A DNA stretch of 64,000 nt, taken from an uncultured beta proteobacterium. Lineage in GTDB: Bacteria; Pseudomonadota; Gammaproteobacteria; Burkholderiales; SG8-39. Location of the stretch: contig CAIOLO010000049.1 of assembly GCA_903859155.1 (NCBI GenBank), forward strand, positions 4,609 to 68,608, read 5' to 3'. How positions within the stretch are numbered: position 1 is the stretch's first letter; each line of letters opens with the position of its first letter. Under the pieces are notes generated by a model that saw only the letters and a list, made by a program, of their open reading frames with translations, was not told the origin of the DNA and searched no databases. Below are positions 17,991-28,609 of this stretch, in pieces. Position numbers and translations under genes: made by a program.

Positions 17991-18968
17991 TCATTGCTTC
18001 TCGATGTTATAGCGCTTGAACAGCTGACCGACCTTCTCGCGGGTGTCGCCGATGATGGCCTCAAACTGCTCCGGTGTTCCGGCGTTGCCCTCGGTGACCT
18101 GCGAGGCGAGGAATTCCAAAAAAGCGGGTTCGCGGTACAGGCGGACTATTTCGGTGTTGAGGCGGCGCACGATGGCATCGGACACTGCCGACTGTGTCAC
18201 CACGCCCCACCAGGCGCGCGCGCTGGGCAGGTCGTTGGCGCCGATCTCGAGCAGAGTCGGCGCATCCGGAAATTGCGGCAGGCGCTTGGTGCCGCTTACC
18301 GCCAGCACCTTTACCTTGTTCGCCTTGGCCAGACCCAGAGCGACATAGACGCCCTGGTAGGTCATGTCGATTTCCCCGGCCGCGAGCGCGGCGAGTATCG
18401 GAGGGCCGCCCTTGTAAGGGATGCTCGCCAGGCTGGTCTTCCAGTGGTCCGCCAGCCATTGGCGCGACAGGTCGTTGATGGTGTTAGGCCCGAGCGTGCC
18501 GACGTTCAGCGAGCCGGGTTTGGCAACCGCAAGCGCCTGCAGTTCCCGGATATTGTTCACCGGCAACGAGCCTCGCGCCAGAATGCCGCCCAGTATGGTG
18601 AACAGGCTGGAGATCGGCCTGAAGTCCTTCACCGGGTCGTAGGGCAGTTTGGCGAACAAAAAAGAATTGATGGCAAGCGCATCGACATTGAGCGCGCACA
18701 GGGTGTGGCCGTCGGGCGCGGCCTTGGCGCACGCATCCGCGCCCGGCACCGAATTGCCGCCAGCGCGGTTCTCCACCAGCAAGGGTTGGCCAAGGCGCGG
18801 CATGAGGTCGTCTGACATGCGGCGCACCACAAGGTCGATGCCGGCACCGGGGGCCTGCGGCAACACCACGCGTATCGGCCTCGCGGGATACGCCTGTTGC
18901 GCGGCGGCGTGATAAGGCAAACCAAGCGCCAGCAGCAAAAGCGGCGCGAAGCGAATCCTGCGAACCAT
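17991..18968 (-). CDS. Bug-family (TctC-like) substrate-binding protein
   Basis: Signal peptide; YPARPIRVVLPQAPGAGIDLVVR..NRAGGNSVPGADACAKAAPDGHTL..SIPYKGGPPILAALAAGEI. Confidence 0.9.
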   Translation of the reverse strand: MVRRIRFAPLLLLALGLPYHAAAQQAYPARPIRVVLPQAPGAGIDLVVRRMSDDLMPRLGQPLLVENRAGGNSVPGADACAKAAPDGHTLCALNVDALAINSFLFAKLPYDPVKDFRPISSLFTILGGILARGSLPVNNIRELQALAVAKPGSLNVGTLGPNTINDLSRQWLADHWKTSLASIPYKGGPPILAALAAGEIDMTYQGVYVALGLAKANKVKVLAVSGTKRLPQFPDAPTLLEIGANDLPSARAWWGVVTQSAVSDAIVRRLNTEIVRLYREPAFLEFLASQVTEGNAGTPEQFEAIIGDTREKVGQLFKRYNIEKQ

Positions 18969-19254
18969 TGTTTTTCTCTCCGATCGGTTAGACAGGAAAT
19001 TCTATTCCTTTCGCCATCCCAACTCTTTTTTTATTGCCCTGATGAGGGCGGAGGATATCCGACCAAGCCCATCCGGCTGATATTGCCCGGTGCGCCCGGC
19101 GGCAATGCCGACCTGTTTTCGCGTTTAGGCCACACTCCCAGTTCAAACCCGCAATACCACTCCGGCGTAGACTGACAGCGCCGCTGGAAGCCCAGACGGA
19201 GAAAATGCTTCGGTTAAATCCAAGCTGCCACAGCAACGTAACGGGGAGAGCAAA

Positions 19255-20235
19255 GTGCAAACAAGAATCCGGTGTCTGTCGTTGATGGTCTCGGCCTTAA
19301 TGCTTCTGGGCATTGCGAATATCGCCGCGGGGCAGAACTGGCCGACCAAACCTGTCCGCTTCGTCGTTCCGTTTCCACCCGGCGGATCGGTGGACCCCCT
19401 GGCACGACTGCTCGCCGTGCGAGTCACCGGTCCGCTCGGCCAACCGGTGGTGGTGGAGAATCATGCCGGCGCCTCTGGTTCAATCGGCGCCGCGCTGGTG
19501 GCAAAAGCGCCGCCTGATGGCTATACATTCCTGTTCGTTTTTGACTCACACGCGGTCAATCCCTTCCTGATTCCCAACTTGCCGTTCGATACAGCCAAGG
19601 ATCTAGCCCCGGTGATGTTAATTGGGACGGCCCCCATGGCAATTGCCACACATCCCTCCAAGCCGTATCGCAATTTCGACGACGTCATCAAGGCCGCGAA
19701 GGCCAAGCCTGACTCGATTAGCTACGGTTCCATCGGCAGCGGAAGCCTTGGGCATCTCACCATGACATTGCTGCAGGAAACAGGGAGCTTCAAGGTAATC
19801 CATATTCCCTACAAAGGCGGTGGGCCACTCAGCCAGGATTTGCTGGGCAACCAGGTAGACCTCGGAATTGCATCAGTTGCCGTGATTGCCCCGCACGCAA
19901 AGGCCGGCAAGATGCGTGCAATAGCAGTGACCGGTGACAAGCGTTCGGCAACGCTGCCCGATGTGCCGGCGCTGTCCGAAGCGGGGTTCCCCGGATTTTC
20001 GGCGCTGGCTTGGTGGGGGGTGTTCGCTCCGGCCGGCACTCCTAGGCCCATCGTCGATCGTCTTAACAGCGAATTCGCCAAGGCGCTAAAACAACCAGAC
20101 CTGAACCGCCAACTTACCGATCAACTGGGTTTGGATATCGTGAGCAGCAGTCCCGATGCCCTGCAAAAATTCCTGCTGGAACAAATGGCGCGCTGGGCCA
20201 AGGTGGTGAAGCAGTACAGCATCAAAGGCGACTGA
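19255..20235 (+). CDS. Bug-family (TctC-like) substrate-binding protein
   Basis: GTG start; signal peptide; WPTKPVRFVVPFPPGGSVDPLARL..NHAGASGSIGAALVAKAPPDGYTF..HIPYKGGGPLSQDLLGNQV. Confidence 0.9.
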   Translation: MQTRIRCLSLMVSALMLLGIANIAAGQNWPTKPVRFVVPFPPGGSVDPLARLLAVRVTGPLGQPVVVENHAGASGSIGAALVAKAPPDGYTFLFVFDSHAVNPFLIPNLPFDTAKDLAPVMLIGTAPMAIATHPSKPYRNFDDVIKAAKAKPDSISYGSIGSGSLGHLTMTLLQETGSFKVIHIPYKGGGPLSQDLLGNQVDLGIASVAVIAPHAKAGKMRAIAVTGDKRSATLPDVPALSEAGFPGFSALAWWGVFAPAGTPRPIVDRLNSEFAKALKQPDLNRQLTDQLGLDIVSSSPDALQKFLLEQMARWAKVVKQYSIKGD

Positions 20236-20251
20236 CCCGGGAAGTTGGCGA

Positions 20252-20281
20252 GCGACGGGCAATTGTTGGTGAGCCCGTCGC
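20252..20281 (+). terminator. Terminator-like hairpin after the Bug gene (9-bp GC-rich stem, 12-nt loop, no clear U-tract)
   Basis: GCGACGGGC (20252-20260) and GCCCGTCGC (20273-20281) are exact reverse complements, 17 nt after the stop at 20235. Confidence 0.3.
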
Positions 20282-20625
20282 CTGAGCGCAGCAGAATCCT
20301 GCCGCGCGCCGGCCGGGGAATTGAACAGGTTCCGGCAGCCCGGCAGATTGCGCCAACGGACAAATTCAGATGTGATCGCCAGTGGTTGCGCGCGAGGAGT
20401 CGTTTGGTCTGAGCTGAAGGCCGCGCTCGCAGCGCTATATTCCCGGTTCTTGATATGCGTCAATTCACCGTCAATAAGACAGCGTCACCATGACGGACGG
20501 GGTTGTGCGCGCTGCGGCGGCCTGGAGTTTGTCGTGGCCTCGCCCGACTTCCGGCCAAGCGGTGAGTCTGATGATCCGCTGCTGCCGCGCAATTGACTTG
20601 AAATCCACATGGAAAGGTCGCTCAG

Positions 20626-21633
20626 ATGATCGAAGGGAATTTTGTCGTAGACATGCAGCATCACTACATTCCCGCGGAATCCCTTCAGTTCGTCGGCAAG
20701 ACCAGTGAATACGACTATGCGACCACGCTCAAACGCTACCCCGGCGCCTACGGCATCATAACGAACATCGACGCGAACCTCGCTTACATGGACGCGGCGG
20801 GCATCGATGCCGCAATCCTGAGCACGGCCGCTTTCGTGCCGAACGGGTTTGATTTCTGCCATTCCTGCAATAACGGATATTCCAGTGTCATCAGGCGCTA
20901 TCCGGACAGGTTCAAGGGCATGATCCATGTGAACCCCCAGGACGATGCGCGGCGCAACAGCGACGAAATCAAGCGCTGCGTCGAGGAACTGGGCTTGTTC
21001 GGCATCGCGCTGGTGTCCTCCTACGGCACCACCACGCTCGATTCGCCAGTGTTGGATCCGATTTATGAGAGCGCGGTCCGCTACGATATGCCCGTCTTCG
21101 TGCACCCGACCATACGCACCAATCTCTGGGGGGGCGATCGCTACGACATGTATACGACGGTGTCGCGCGAGTACGACGTGGTGAAATCGTTCGTGGAAAT
21201 CCTGTTCGGGGTGCTGCCCCGGTTTCCCGATCTCAAGGTCATCATGGCGCATCTGGGGGGGGGGCTGCCGTCACTGAAGGGCAGGTTGCTGGCATGGCAT
21301 CAGCCTGAGAACATTCCCATTCCGCCCGAGAGCCGGCGCCACGGGCTCTCGATCGACGAGACCAAGGAACTCGGGCTGTTTCAGGATTTCGAATCCCGGC
21401 TCAAGAATGTGCTGTTTGATTCCGCGGGCTACGGCGGCTGGACGCCGGTCATCCGCGCCGCACTGGAAACCCTGGGGGCCGACCACACCTGCTTCGGCAG
21501 CGACTACCCTTACGAGCTTGAAAAGCCCGCCTATGCGAGGCAGGCGCTGATGAAAATCAACCAACTCGATGTACCCGCGGCAGACAGGCAGAAATATTTC
21601 GGCGGTAATCTGAAAAAGGAATTCCACTTCTGA
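20626..21633 (+). CDS. Amidohydrolase_2-family metal-dependent hydrolase/decarboxylase (ACMSD-like fold)
   Basis: VVDMQHHYIP (metal-binding His pair), ..VFVHP.., IMAHLGGGLP, FGSDYPYE (terminal Asp). This spacing is typical of PF04909-type enzymes. Confidence 0.8.
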   Translation: MIEGNFVVDMQHHYIPAESLQFVGKTSEYDYATTLKRYPGAYGIITNIDANLAYMDAAGIDAAILSTAAFVPNGFDFCHSCNNGYSSVIRRYPDRFKGMIHVNPQDDARRNSDEIKRCVEELGLFGIALVSSYGTTTLDSPVLDPIYESAVRYDMPVFVHPTIRTNLWGGDRYDMYTTVSREYDVVKSFVEILFGVLPRFPDLKVIMAHLGGGLPSLKGRLLAWHQPENIPIPPESRRHGLSIDETKELGLFQDFESRLKNVLFDSAGYGGWTPVIRAALETLGADHTCFGSDYPYELEKPAYARQALMKINQLDVPAADRQKYFGGNLKKEFHF

Positions 21634-21712
21634 TTGCGGCCGGCTGTTGCGGCAAGGTGTTTCGGTATCGGCGGTTATTGCAGGCAGAACAATTGATGCA
21701 TAAGGAGCGAGC

Positions 21713-22684
21713 ATGAAAACATCGGCATTAGTCGCGGGATTCACCGTCCTGCTTTTTTCGGTTGTCGGCATCGGGTTCTCCCATGCGCAGACATTTCCCA
21801 ACCAGAATATCCAGATAGTGATCACCCTGAGCCCGGGCGACACCGGCGATCTGAGTGCGCGCGCGGTGGGTTCCGAAATGTCGAAGATTCTCAAGGTACC
21901 GGTATTGCCGATAAACAGGACCGGCGCCTCGGGCATAGTCGGCGCCGAGTCCGTGGTGAAAGCCAAGAAGGACGGCTACACCCTGCTCTATGTCAACTCG
22001 AACCTGACCTACGCCTACGCGGCCAATCCGCAGGAGATTCCCTACAACCCCTTTACCGATCTCGATCTGCTGTGCACCGCCGTCTCGGTGCCCTTGTACA
22101 TTGCGGTTCAGTCGGAGTCGCGCTGGAAGACGATGCAGGAACTGATTGCTTACGGCAGACAAAACCCGGGCAAGTTGCGCGGAAGCTCGACCGGGGTCGG
22201 CTCGGTGGGTCATTTCGGTTACGAGGTCATCGGCGTCGAGACCGGTGCGCAGATCGACATGATTCCTTTCAAGGGGGCGGCACCCGGAATGGCGGCGCTG
22301 CTTGGCGGGCATGTCGAGGTCGCAATCCCCTCGCCCACTCTGGTCATGCCGCAAATGAAGGCCGGCAAGCTGCGGTTGCTGCTGGTATCGAAGAAAACGG
22401 CGGATTTTCCCAATGTGCCCACCCTGACCGAACTCGGTTACAAGCGTGATATCTCCTCGGTGTGGTTCGGCTTCTTTCTGCCGGTGGGCGTTCCAGAAGC
22501 GGTCAAGCAGGTACTGGCATCGGCCCTGGAGCGGGCGATCAAGGCGCCCGAACTCGGTCCCGTTTTCCAGGGATTGGGAACCGTGGCCGATTACCACAGC
22601 GCGGCGGAGTTCAGACCTGTCATGAACGATGAATATGCAATGGTCAGGAAAATTCTCGCTGCCGCGGCTGGCAACCAGAAATAG
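21713..22684 (+). CDS. Bug-family (TctC-like) substrate-binding protein
   Basis: Signal peptide; FPNQNIQIVITLSPGDTGDLSARA..NRTGASGIVGAESVVKAKKDGYTL..IPFKGAAPGMAALLGGHV. Confidence 0.85.
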   Translation: MKTSALVAGFTVLLFSVVGIGFSHAQTFPNQNIQIVITLSPGDTGDLSARAVGSEMSKILKVPVLPINRTGASGIVGAESVVKAKKDGYTLLYVNSNLTYAYAANPQEIPYNPFTDLDLLCTAVSVPLYIAVQSESRWKTMQELIAYGRQNPGKLRGSSTGVGSVGHFGYEVIGVETGAQIDMIPFKGAAPGMAALLGGHVEVAIPSPTLVMPQMKAGKLRLLLVSKKTADFPNVPTLTELGYKRDISSVWFGFFLPVGVPEAVKQVLASALERAIKAPELGPVFQGLGTVADYHSAAEFRPVMNDEYAMVRKILAAAAGNQK

Positions 22685-22946
22685 CCATCCACGCCACGCG
22701 CCCGCCGATCTCCTCGCGCCGGCGCTGGGGTGCTGACAGGTCGAAGCCGGGCGCGGCGCTACCGGCATCTGCCGGACGATGCCGCGTATGGCGGGAAAGG
22801 CCTCCAGCCCGTCACCGGAGGCCGGCGCGCCGGTGTGCCGGTGTGCGAAAATCCCGGGCTGGGCGGTGAAGATGCCTCTCTTTGCATCTATTGCATGCAA
22901 ATTTTGGATATTCCTCATTTTTTAGCTAATCCTTGAAAGCGTCATC

Positions 22947-25739
22947 GTGAACACCAAGAAATACATCTATGCATTCGAAGAGGGCGACGGCAAGAACAAG
23001 ATTTTGCTGGGTGGCAAGGGTGCGGGTCTTTGCGAGATGACGCAGATAGGCCTCAACGTGCCCCCGGGATTCACCGTGACCACGGAAGCCTGCCTTGCCT
23101 ATCTCGAATCCAACCATCTGCCGGCGGGCCTGATGGACGATATCAAGGCCCGGATGACGGCGCTGGAGAAGAAGACCGGCAAGGGCTTCGGCAGTGCCTC
23201 CAATCCGCTGTTGATCTCGGTGCGCTCCGGTTCGGCGATGTCGATGCCGGGGATGATGGACACGATACTCAACCTTGGCCTTAACGAAACTTCCCTGCAG
23301 GGACTGATCAAGCAAACCGCCAATCCGCGCTTTGCCTACGACGCCTACCGCCGCTTCATCCAGTTGTTCGGCAAGATCGCGCTGGGCATCGATGAGGAGC
23401 ATTTCGACACCCGGATGAACGCGCTCAAACGCAAGCACGACGCGCGCCTCGATCTGGACCTGTCCGCGGACCAGCTGAAAGAGCTCGTCGGCGAGTTCCT
23501 GGATATCGTCAAGCGTCATACCGGCAAGCCGTTTCCCCAGGATCCCTACGAGCAGCTTGAAATTTCAGTGGGCGCGGTGTTTCGTTCCTGGATGGGCAAG
23601 CGGGCGGTCGATTATCGCAAGCAGTTCCGGATCACCAAGGGCATGGCCAACGGCACCGCGGTCAGCGTCTGCACCATGGTATTCGGCAACATGGGCAGCG
23701 ATTCGGGCACCGGCGTGGGTTTCACCCGCAATCCGGGCACTGGCGAGAACGTGATTTACGGCGAATACCTGGTCAATGCCCAGGGCGAGGACGTGGTGGC
23801 GGGCATACGCACGCCCAAGCCGATCGCGGCGATGGAACAGGAGATGCCAGAGATCTACCGCCAGCTGGTGGAGTTGCATCACCGCCTGGAGTCGCATTAC
23901 CACGAAGTGCAGGATTTTGAATTCACCATCGAGCGCGGCACGCTCTACTGCCTGCAGACCCGCAACGGCAAGATGAACGCCAGGGGCATGGTGCGAAGCT
24001 CGGTGGAGATGTTCCACGAAGGCCTGATTTCCAAGGAGCGCGCCTTGCTGCGCATCGAGCCACCGATGCTGGAGCAACTGCTGGTGCCGCAATTGTCACC
24101 GAATTTCCACGGCAAATCGCTGGCGCAGGGCCTGCCGGCTTCGCCCGGCGCGGCATCCGGAAAAATCGTGTTCGACGCCAATACCGCCGAGGCGCGCGGC
24201 AATGCAGGCGAAAAGGTGATCCTGGTGCGCGAGGAGACCAAGCCCGAGGACATCCATGGCTTTTTCCGCGCGCAGGGCATCTTGACCAGCAGGGGCGGCA
24301 AGACCTCGCATGCCGCGGTGGTGGCGCGCGGCATGGGCAAGCCCTGCGTTTCCGGCTGCGAGCAGATAGTGATCAACGACAAGGAGCGTAGCGCCATCAT
24401 TGGCGAGACCACCCTGCACGAGGGCGACGTCATTACCATTGATGGCGGCACCGGGCATGTGTACGCGGGCGAAGTGCCCACCGTGGAAGCCGAGTTCTCC
24501 GAGGAAATGGGCACTTTGCTCGCCTGGGCGGACGAGGTGGCGCGGCTGCGTGTGATGGCAAACGCCGACACGCCCGAGGATGCGATGCGCGCGCGCGAAT
24601 TCGGCGCCAAGGGGATCGGCCTGGTGCGCACCGAGCGCATGTTCAACAGCACCGATCGCCTGCCCATCATGCAGGAAATGATCCTGGCCGATAGCGTGGA
24701 TGATCGCCAGGCTGCGCTGGACCGGCTGCTGCCGATCCAGCGTTCCGATTTCAAGGCGATCTTCAAGGCAATGAAAGGTCTGCCGGTAACGGTTCGGTTG
24801 CTGGATCCGCCGATGCATGAGTTTCTTCCCACGGCGGCACAGCTGGAGCTTGAAATCGCGCACCTGCATCACCTGCGCGACACCATCAAGGGTCTGGAGG
24901 AATTGCCCGACACGCTCAAGCTGCTCAACCCCAAGCTGTACCAGCAATACGCCGACGGGCTGACCAAGCTCATGGGAGGACTGAGCGCATTCAAGGAGTC
25001 GCACCTGGAAGAGGATGTGATTCTGAAAAAGGAGGTGACGCTGAAGAAAGTGCGCGCCCTGGCCGAGGTCAACCCAATGCTGGGACACCGCGGCGTGCGA
25101 TTGGGCATCACCTACCCGGAAATCTACACCATGCAGATTCACGCCATTCTCGAAGCGGCAGCCCTGTGCGCCAGGGAAGGGATAGAAATCTATCCCGAGA
25201 TCATGGTGCCGCAGGTCGCCACGGTGGAGGAGTTGCTGCGCATCCACAGCAAAGTGCAGCGAGTCCATAAAGTGGTGGAGCTCACACACGGCATCAGCGT
25301 CAAGTTCAAATTCGGCTCGATGCTGGAAGTGGTGCGCGGCTGCCTGCGCGCAGGGCGCATGGCCCAGGACGCGGAGTTCTTTTCGTTCGGCACCAACGAC
25401 CTGACCCAGGCGACCTTCTCATTCAGCCGCGAGGATGCGGAAAACAAGTTCCTGCCCGCGTATAACGAGACCGGCATTCTCAAGGACAACCCCTTCGAGG
25501 TGCTTGACATCAAGGGCGTGGGGCAGTTGATGAAGATGGCGGTGGAAAGCGGCCGCAAGACCCGCCCTGAACTGAAGGTCGGCATCTGCGGAGAACACGG
25601 CGGCGATCCGGCTTCAATCCACTTTTGCCATCAGATCGGCATTGATTATGTGTCCTGTTCCGGCCCGCGCGTGCCTATTGCGCGCCTCGCCGCGGCTCAG
25701 GCAAAGCTGCTGGAGGCGCAATATACCGACCCCAGCTGA
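22947..25739 (+). CDS. ppdK: Pyruvate, phosphate dikinase
   Basis: 930 aa. N-terminal YAFEEGDGKNKILLGGKGAGLCEMTQIGLNVPPGFTVTTEAC, phospho-His region GILTSRGGKTSHAAVVARGMGKPCV, C-terminal PEP-utilizer FFSFGTNDLTQ..GICGEHGGDP..YVSCSP. GTG start. Confidence 0.95.
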   Translation: MNTKKYIYAFEEGDGKNKILLGGKGAGLCEMTQIGLNVPPGFTVTTEACLAYLESNHLPAGLMDDIKARMTALEKKTGKGFGSASNPLLISVRSGSAMSMPGMMDTILNLGLNETSLQGLIKQTANPRFAYDAYRRFIQLFGKIALGIDEEHFDTRMNALKRKHDARLDLDLSADQLKELVGEFLDIVKRHTGKPFPQDPYEQLEISVGAVFRSWMGKRAVDYRKQFRITKGMANGTAVSVCTMVFGNMGSDSGTGVGFTRNPGTGENVIYGEYLVNAQGEDVVAGIRTPKPIAAMEQEMPEIYRQLVELHHRLESHYHEVQDFEFTIERGTLYCLQTRNGKMNARGMVRSSVEMFHEGLISKERALLRIEPPMLEQLLVPQLSPNFHGKSLAQGLPASPGAASGKIVFDANTAEARGNAGEKVILVREETKPEDIHGFFRAQGILTSRGGKTSHAAVVARGMGKPCVSGCEQIVINDKERSAIIGETTLHEGDVITIDGGTGHVYAGEVPTVEAEFSEEMGTLLAWADEVARLRVMANADTPEDAMRAREFGAKGIGLVRTERMFNSTDRLPIMQEMILADSVDDRQAALDRLLPIQRSDFKAIFKAMKGLPVTVRLLDPPMHEFLPTAAQLELEIAHLHHLRDTIKGLEELPDTLKLLNPKLYQQYADGLTKLMGGLSAFKESHLEEDVILKKEVTLKKVRALAEVNPMLGHRGVRLGITYPEIYTMQIHAILEAAALCAREGIEIYPEIMVPQVATVEELLRIHSKVQRVHKVVELTHGISVKFKFGSMLEVVRGCLRAGRMAQDAEFFSFGTNDLTQATFSFSREDAENKFLPAYNETGILKDNPFEVLDIKGVGQLMKMAVESGRKTRPELKVGICGEHGGDPASIHFCHQIGIDYVSCSGPRVPIARLAAAQAKLLEAQYTDPS

Positions 25740-25784
25740 CGCGGGGGTTCAATCCGCACGGAGTTGCTGGAGAGCCCCGCCAAG

Positions 25785-26978
25785 CTAGTTCGCGTTGCGC
25801 GCGCCGCGCAGCCCCAGGGCCAGCGCCGCGGCAATACCCGAGGCCACCAGCATGATGACGAAGGCAATGTCATAGCGGCTGGTGGCATCGAAGATGCGGG
25901 CGCCGATATAGGCACCGATGCCGCCGCAGACGTGATGCACCATGGTAATCAGGCCGGTAAGCGCGCCCAGATTCCTGGTGCCGAAACTGTCGCGCACGAA
26001 TACGGCGGTCAGCGGCGCGGTGATCAGGAAGGTCAGTCCGAACACCAGCGCGAAGATGGTCACCGACAGCGGCGACTGATCGACCATGACCAGTGCAAAC
26101 ACCACGGCGCGCGCGAGGAAACACAGCGCGGCAGGCCATACCGGGCCTGCGCGGTCGCTCCAATAGCCGGCCGCTATCACGCCGAGCAGTCCGGTCAGGC
26201 CCATCAACGCCAGCAGATTGCCGGCCAGCAGCGCGTTGATGCCCCTGTCCTGCGCGAATGCGACGACATGGGTCGATACGAAAAAATCGCCGAAGCCGCA
26301 CACGGCATAGACCAGCAGGAGCAGCCAGAAGCGCCGCGTATGCGCTGCCTCGGCAACCGACAGGCCGGTGCGCGCGGGCGTGGCCGCCCGGGTTTTTGCG
26401 TCGGGTTCTCCGGGGATCGCCGCCAATACCAGGGGCAAAAGGAGCATATGGGCGGCGCCAAGCCAGATGAACACCGAGCGCCAGCCGATGGTGACAAGGA
26501 CCGCGGCAAGCGCCGCTATCATCACCAGTTGTCCAACGCCCATGCCGGAGAAGACCACGGCATTGGCAAATCCGGTCTTTTCGGGAAACGCGCGCGTCAC
26601 CATGACACCCACCGGCGTCAGTGACGCCGCGCCATTGCCGATCGCGAAAAATACCCCGTAGAGCGCGACCGCGTGCCAGGGTTCGGCAACGAAGTTCATC
26701 AGTCCGATCGCGATACCGCTCGCCACCAGACCGCCGCCCAGAACCAGGCGCAGGCTGAAGCGGTCGGCCAGGGTGCCTGCCACATACAAGGTGGCGGCGG
26801 AGACGATCTGGAATACCGCCACCGCCATGCCGAGCTGGCTGCGGTCCCATCCGAACTCATCGACCATCGGCTTGAGCGTCAAGCCGATGGCAAAGCGCGC
26901 CCCGCCTCCCACGAAAAGCACGAGAAAGCCGGCGGTGAGCACGATAATGGCGCTCTTGGGAATGGGTAATTTTGTCAA
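25785..26978 (-). CDS. MFS transporter (oxalate/formate-antiporter-like subfamily by appearance)
   Basis: 397 aa with about 12 hydrophobic segments. The N-terminus IIVLTAGFLVLFVGGGARFAIGLTLKPMVDEFGW and GTLADRFSLRLVL are typical MFS loop 2-3 features. Confidence 0.8.
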   Translation of the reverse strand: MTKLPIPKSAIIVLTAGFLVLFVGGGARFAIGLTLKPMVDEFGWDRSQLGMAVAVFQIVSAATLYVAGTLADRFSLRLVLGGGLVASGIAIGLMNFVAEPWHAVALYGVFFAIGNGAASLTPVGVMVTRAFPEKTGFANAVVFSGMGVGQLVMIAALAAVLVTIGWRSVFIWLGAAHMLLLPLVLAAIPGEPDAKTRAATPARTGLSVAEAAHTRRFWLLLLVYAVCGFGDFFVSTHVVAFAQDRGINALLAGNLLALMGLTGLLGVIAAGYWSDRAGPVWPAALCFLARAVVFALVMVDQSPLSVTIFALVFGLTFLITAPLTAVFVRDSFGTRNLGALTGLITMVHHVCGGIGAYIGARIFDATSRYDIAFVIMLVASGIAAALALGLRGARNAN

Positions 26979-27082
26979 GGTGTACCTGCGATCCTAGAAC
27001 CGGCGATCCGGTGTGAGTGACGCGAAAATCAACGGATAAGAAAATGTTTCGAAAAAAGGCGGGATGTCTCCCCCCGGCATGC

Positions 27083-28609
27083 TCAGTCCTGCAGCATCAC
27101 ACGATAACGCGCAATATCGAAGTCCTCGCCGGATTCCACGACCGCAACCGGAACCAGCAGGTAATTATTGCCCTCAAAATCCAGTAGCGGGCCAATGCGC
27201 TTGTCGAAGCCGCCTTCGCGCGTGCAGATCAGCACCTCCTCCCGCAGGGTGCGATCATCGTTGAGCAGTATCGCATCCTGGGGCGCGATGCCGCCCAGGG
27301 TGACCGGAAATGCCGCCTTGGCGAGGGTGCGTATGCCGACGCCGGATTGCAGCTTCGGCCGTCGGCCCCAGCGCCGCACCACGCCCACCGAGCAGGCACC
27401 GCTGCCACCGGCGACACTCAGTCCCACCAGCTTGCCGATACCCAGCCAATCGCCCTGCACATTGCTCACCAGCGCACCAACGCCGCCGGCGCTTATGTTT
27501 TCGGTCACCCAGGTTTCGGGGCCTGCCACTTCCTTTTTACCTTGCAGACGCGCAAGAATGCCTGCCATGCCGTTGGCCACGCTGAGGCTATGCCTGACTT
27601 CATAGCGATCGTTCTTGCGCACCGGGGGCGGGCTCGACCAGGCGGCTTTCAGCTGCAGGCACACGCCGAGCACCTGAGCGCTTTCATAGGCGCCGCCCAG
27701 ATTCAGATCCGATGGGATCGCACCACTCTGGAGCACGCGGATCACGCCGTTGAGCTGGTCCGCTGCGGCGCCGGCGGCGAAATAACGCAGATCCGGCGAC
27801 GCTGGAGGCGCCTGCACCAGACGCTTGGGCGGCATGCCCTCGCCAAGGTCCACACCGTTGTAGGTTGATTGCGCCTGATGCGCTGCGCTCAGGACAAAAG
27901 ACGCACTCATATGCGCCACGATCGACTCTGCCAGTTCGATGTCGCGTCGCGGCAGGCAATCGGGCGAGGATGCCGACAGCATCAGCAGTTTGACGAACTC
28001 ACGCTCTGCGCACGAATTCTGCGGAACGTTGGGGTAGAGCCGAATGGTTTCGCCCTGAATATTTCTTTGTTCCGCGAAGCGATACACACGGCCTAGCGCC
28101 CTCCAGGTCTCGGCATCCTGCGGCTCGTAGTGCATGTACTGCCACTTGAGTTGAGCGGCGAGGGCACGCACCGCGCGCGTGCAAAGCAGCGGCAGGCGCG
28201 CTTTGAGCCGGCCGGCTATTGCCGAGTCTGCCGCGCACTGGTCGATGAGCGACGAGTACGCGCCGGCCAGATCCTTCCAGAGGCCGGATAGCGCCTTCCA
28301 GATGCGCGCCTCCTGTGTCCTTGGCAGGGTTGCAGTGGAGGCATAGTCGCGGCTGAGCTTGCGCTGGAATGGCTGTGCGGTTTCATCGAGCAGGAGGTAG
28401 AGTTCCGCGCGCCGCTCGGGTTTGAACTCTTCGATGGCCGCCACCGATACGATCCAGTCATGCAGGCCCTCGATTGCCTTCTCCGCGTCGTTCCTGGGCA
28501 AGGCTGCAAGCGCCTCCCTGGCGCCTTTTTCCTCTGCCAGAGGATGATCCGGCTTGCGTCCGCCGAACAGATTCAAAGCCATGTATTCATGCCTCCGAGC
28601 GACATTCAC
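27083..28609 (-). CDS. PilZ-domain (c-di-GMP-binding) protein with a large uncharacterised N-terminal domain
   Basis: The C-terminal third carries both PilZ signatures at the right spacing: RKNDRYEVR (RxxxR) and TENISAGGVGALV (D/NxSxxG). The N-terminal roughly 340 aa has no motif I recognise. The start could also be the internal MALNLFGG at 28582. Confidence 0.65.
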   Translation of the reverse strand: MNVARRHEYMALNLFGGRKPDHPLAEEKGAREALAALPRNDAEKAIEGLHDWIVSVAAIEEFKPERRAELYLLLDETAQPFQRKLSRDYASTATLPRTQEARIWKALSGLWKDLAGAYSSLIDQCAADSAIAGRLKARLPLLCTRAVRALAAQLKWQYMHYEPQDAETWRALGRVYRFAEQRNIQGETIRLYPNVPQNSCAEREFVKLLMLSASSPDCLPRRDIELAESIVAHMSASFVLSAAHQAQSTYNGVDLGEGMPPKRLVQAPPASPDLRYFAAGAAADQLNGVIRVLQSGAIPSDLNLGGAYESAQVLGVCLQLKAAWSSPPPVRKNDRYEVRHSLSVANGMAGILARLQGKKEVAGPETWVTENISAGGVGALVSNVQGDWLGIGKLVGLSVAGGSGACSVGVVRRWGRRPKLQSGVGIRTLAKAAFPVTLGGIAPQDAILLNDDRTLREEVLICTREGGFDKRIGPLLDFEGNNYLLVPVAVVESGEDFDIARYRVMLQD

